Shown here: piece by piece, positions 7,233 to 9,025 of the stretch
Layout of the letters: every line of letters starts with the position of its first letter
How positions within the stretch are numbered: the stretch's first letter is position 1
Origin: Octopus sinensis
Lineage: Eukaryota
Reading direction: 5' to 3'
Length of the DNA: 9,025 bases
NCBI RefSeq assembly: GCF_006345805.1
Contig: NW_021828245.1
Span: 1 to 9,025 of the forward strand
Notes under the pieces: generated by a model
Database searches by the model: none
What the model saw: only the letters and a program-made list of their open reading frames with translations
What the model was told of the DNA's origin: nothing
Made by a program: the position numbers and the translations under genes

Positions 7233-7416
7233 AATGACTATAAATTTACTGGTCATAATTTGTCGCAGCGATGTACTTATGATGATGAAAATTGCAAAGA
7301 TGGAAAAAATAAGCAGAGACTTAAACAAAAGAATTCTCAATTCCAGAAACTGATGTTATTTTTTGATTTTTGAACATGAAATTTAGATGGTACCTTGGTG
7401 AAAGAAGTCTGTTACA

Positions 7417-7427
7417 TGTGTGTGTGT

Positions 7428-7491
<64 letters not shown>
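7417..7491. repeat. (GT)n microsatellite with a short (GC)n
   Basis: Long TG run. Confidence 0.95.
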
Positions 7492-7492
<1 letters not shown>

Positions 7493-7603
7493 TACTGTCT
7501 CTTTGTAATAGTTTTAAATGAGTGTCACTGTTATACAAGTGATGTCCTTTGTTTCCAGTTTTTTGTGAAAACATGTCCTGCCATACGAAAATATTACCTT
7601 ACT

Positions 7604-7723
7604 TGGAAACAAGGAAAAAAGGAAAGGTAACCAGTTGTATAAAAATCTGCCTCAACAAATCCATCTGACTCGTGCAAGCATGGAAACATGGATGTTAAAT
7701 GATGATGATAATGATGATGATGA
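7604..7723 (+). mobile_element. Decayed retroposon 3' end with (GAT)n tail (RTE-type LINE or SINE tail)
   Basis: gcaagcatggaaa..ggatgttaaat followed by (GAT)n at 7701-7723. It resembles 7949-8050. The family assignment is from recall. Confidence 0.5.
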
Positions 7724-7948
7724 CTAACTGCAGATGTGAAGGTAAAGAGAACAAGTCAGATGTTGAAAATGAAATCAGCTGCTATAAAGGTCATGTACAA
7801 ATAAAAGGAAGTCAAACTTGTAAATCATAACAACTTATCCAATCAATTTATTTCCTTCTTTATATTGAGTTTCATTTTTTTTTCCCTGGGAGAAATTTGA
7901 AAAAAAAAATCTCAATTTTTTTTATTTTCTCAAAGTCTAAAAAGCTGA

Positions 7949-8050
7949 CACTGGGGCCTGACATAGCTCTGCAGCTTATTGGATCCTGTCAAACAGTCCA
8001 CTGTATGCCAGCAGGGAAAAGAGACATTAAATGGTGATGATGATGATGAA
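7949..8050 (+). mobile_element. Decayed retroposon 3' end with (GAT)n tail, second copy
   Basis: gccagcagggaaaagagacattaaat followed by (GAT)n at 8035-8049. It parallels 7673-7723. Confidence 0.45.
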
Positions 8051-8153
8051 GAGGAGGAGGAAGTAAAGGATAAATATATAAATACAGGGTCAACCTGATT
8101 ACTACAGGTAACGTGTGTCACAAAACTTTGGCAACACTCAGATGTATACATAT

Positions 8154-8185
8154 AAAATTACCAGCAAATGTTTGCTGGTAATTTT
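8154..8185. repeat. Perfect inverted repeat with 15-bp arms and a 2-nt spacer
   Basis: aaaattaccagcaaa-tg-tttgctggtaatttt. Confidence 0.95.
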
Positions 8186-8761
8186 TCATGACATTAACAC
8201 TAGTGAGGTTGCCAAAATCCTATCATATTTTTATAATTGAATATTACTTGGAATAGTATAAAAAAATGGTTGAACTATTTTGTGTATTGTACAAGCATAA
8301 CCAATGTATTGCAGATAAATTTTAACAACCAAGCCTTATATGCCCCCCACCCCATCTGCCTCCATTGAGAACCACTGGGTTAGAATATATCATGGAGCTT
8401 TACACTCATGCATACATACACACAGGGACAATAGCATTGTTGAGTGACCAGGCTGTCCAGCTGTGGTTAATGGCAGTGCATCAGCATGGCTGAAGCTCTG
8501 AGCTTACAGAAAAAAAATATATATATAACCAAGGTCCAAGGAAACTACAGATAGTCTGAGTTAGCAGCAGTCATTTATCTAAATTTGTGAACTCTCTACA
8601 AATGTTGAGGAAGGTCAAAAGTTCACTGTCCAAATTCCTAAAATAACAAAAGAAACTAGAAAGGAAATTTGACACTCCTGTGTTGGCAATGTTTGAAGTG
8701 GTATGGTTTTGTGGTAGTGGGGGTAGTATGTGGATAGAGAAGTGATAGTGCAGTAAGGATG

Positions 8762-8948
8762 AGGGCAGCAAGCTGGCATGTCAAAATGCTTAGTGGCATT
8801 TCACTCTACCTTCTGAATTCAAATCCCATTGAGGACCACTTTCCCTTTCCCAATGAAGTATAGTACCAGTTGAAGATTGGGGTTGATGTAATCAACTTGA
8901 CCCCTACCCCAAAATTGCTGGCCTTGTGCTGAAATTTGAAACCAATAC
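8762..8948 (+). mobile_element. tRNA-SINE-like element with a 13-bp target-site duplication
   Basis: Flanked by identical TGCAGTAAGGATG at 8749-8761 and 8949-8961. The head is ggcagcaagctggca, repeated at 8997-9011, and there is a B-box-like gaattcaaatcc at 8815-8826. Confidence 0.75.
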
Positions 8949-8995
8949 TGCAGTAAGGATGGAGATCTGATGTTAATTATTACATTTTTTTTTAA

Positions 8996-9025
8996 AGGCA
9001 GCAAGCTGGCAGAATTGTTAGCATA
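8996..9025 (+). mobile_element. 5' head of another copy of the same SINE-like family, cut by the window end
   Basis: ggcagcaagctggca is a 15/15 match to 8764-8778. Confidence 0.65.

Noticed and set aside
7559-7626. 68-nt plus-strand exon candidate (tttccAG|...GAAAG|GTAACC)
   Set aside because: It overlaps the decayed (GAT)n-tailed retroposon and the peptide is unrecognisable.
8365-8377. TTGAGAACCACTG, resembling a hAT/Charlie right terminal inverted repeat
   Set aside because: No matching left terminus or 8-bp target duplication found upstream.

Overview
AT-rich eukaryotic DNA with many (TA)n, (CA)n and (GAT)n microsatellites, probably intronic or intergenic. The repeat mix resembles cephalopod (Octopus-like) genomes, but that is inference. 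No intact host gene is supported. The window is a layered set of mobile elements: (1) a decayed R4/Dong-like RT fossil at ~865-1108 that the ORF track misses; (2) two copies of a TTAA-bounded, piggyBac-like MITE (1276-1491, 6423-6602); (3) a 5'-truncated Penelope-like element (2141-3726, +) sitting inside a (TA)n tract, with RT thumb, Cys linker and GIY-YIG endonuclease, then a pyrimidine tract, a higher-order tandem array, and a minimal type I hammerhead-ribozyme fold with a non-canonical core (CUGUUGA); (4) a CR1-type LINE 3' end (RT, minus strand) joined head-to-head to a CR1-type APE endonuclease fragment (plus strand) through a fold-back junction; (5) several decayed tRNA-SINE-like pieces, one with a perfect 13-bp target-site duplication; (6) a 32-bp near-perfect palindrome followed by CTAG|T, resembling a Helitron 3' end. 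The best leads are the variant hammerhead with its Penelope 3' region, and the inverted CR1 EN/RT junction.
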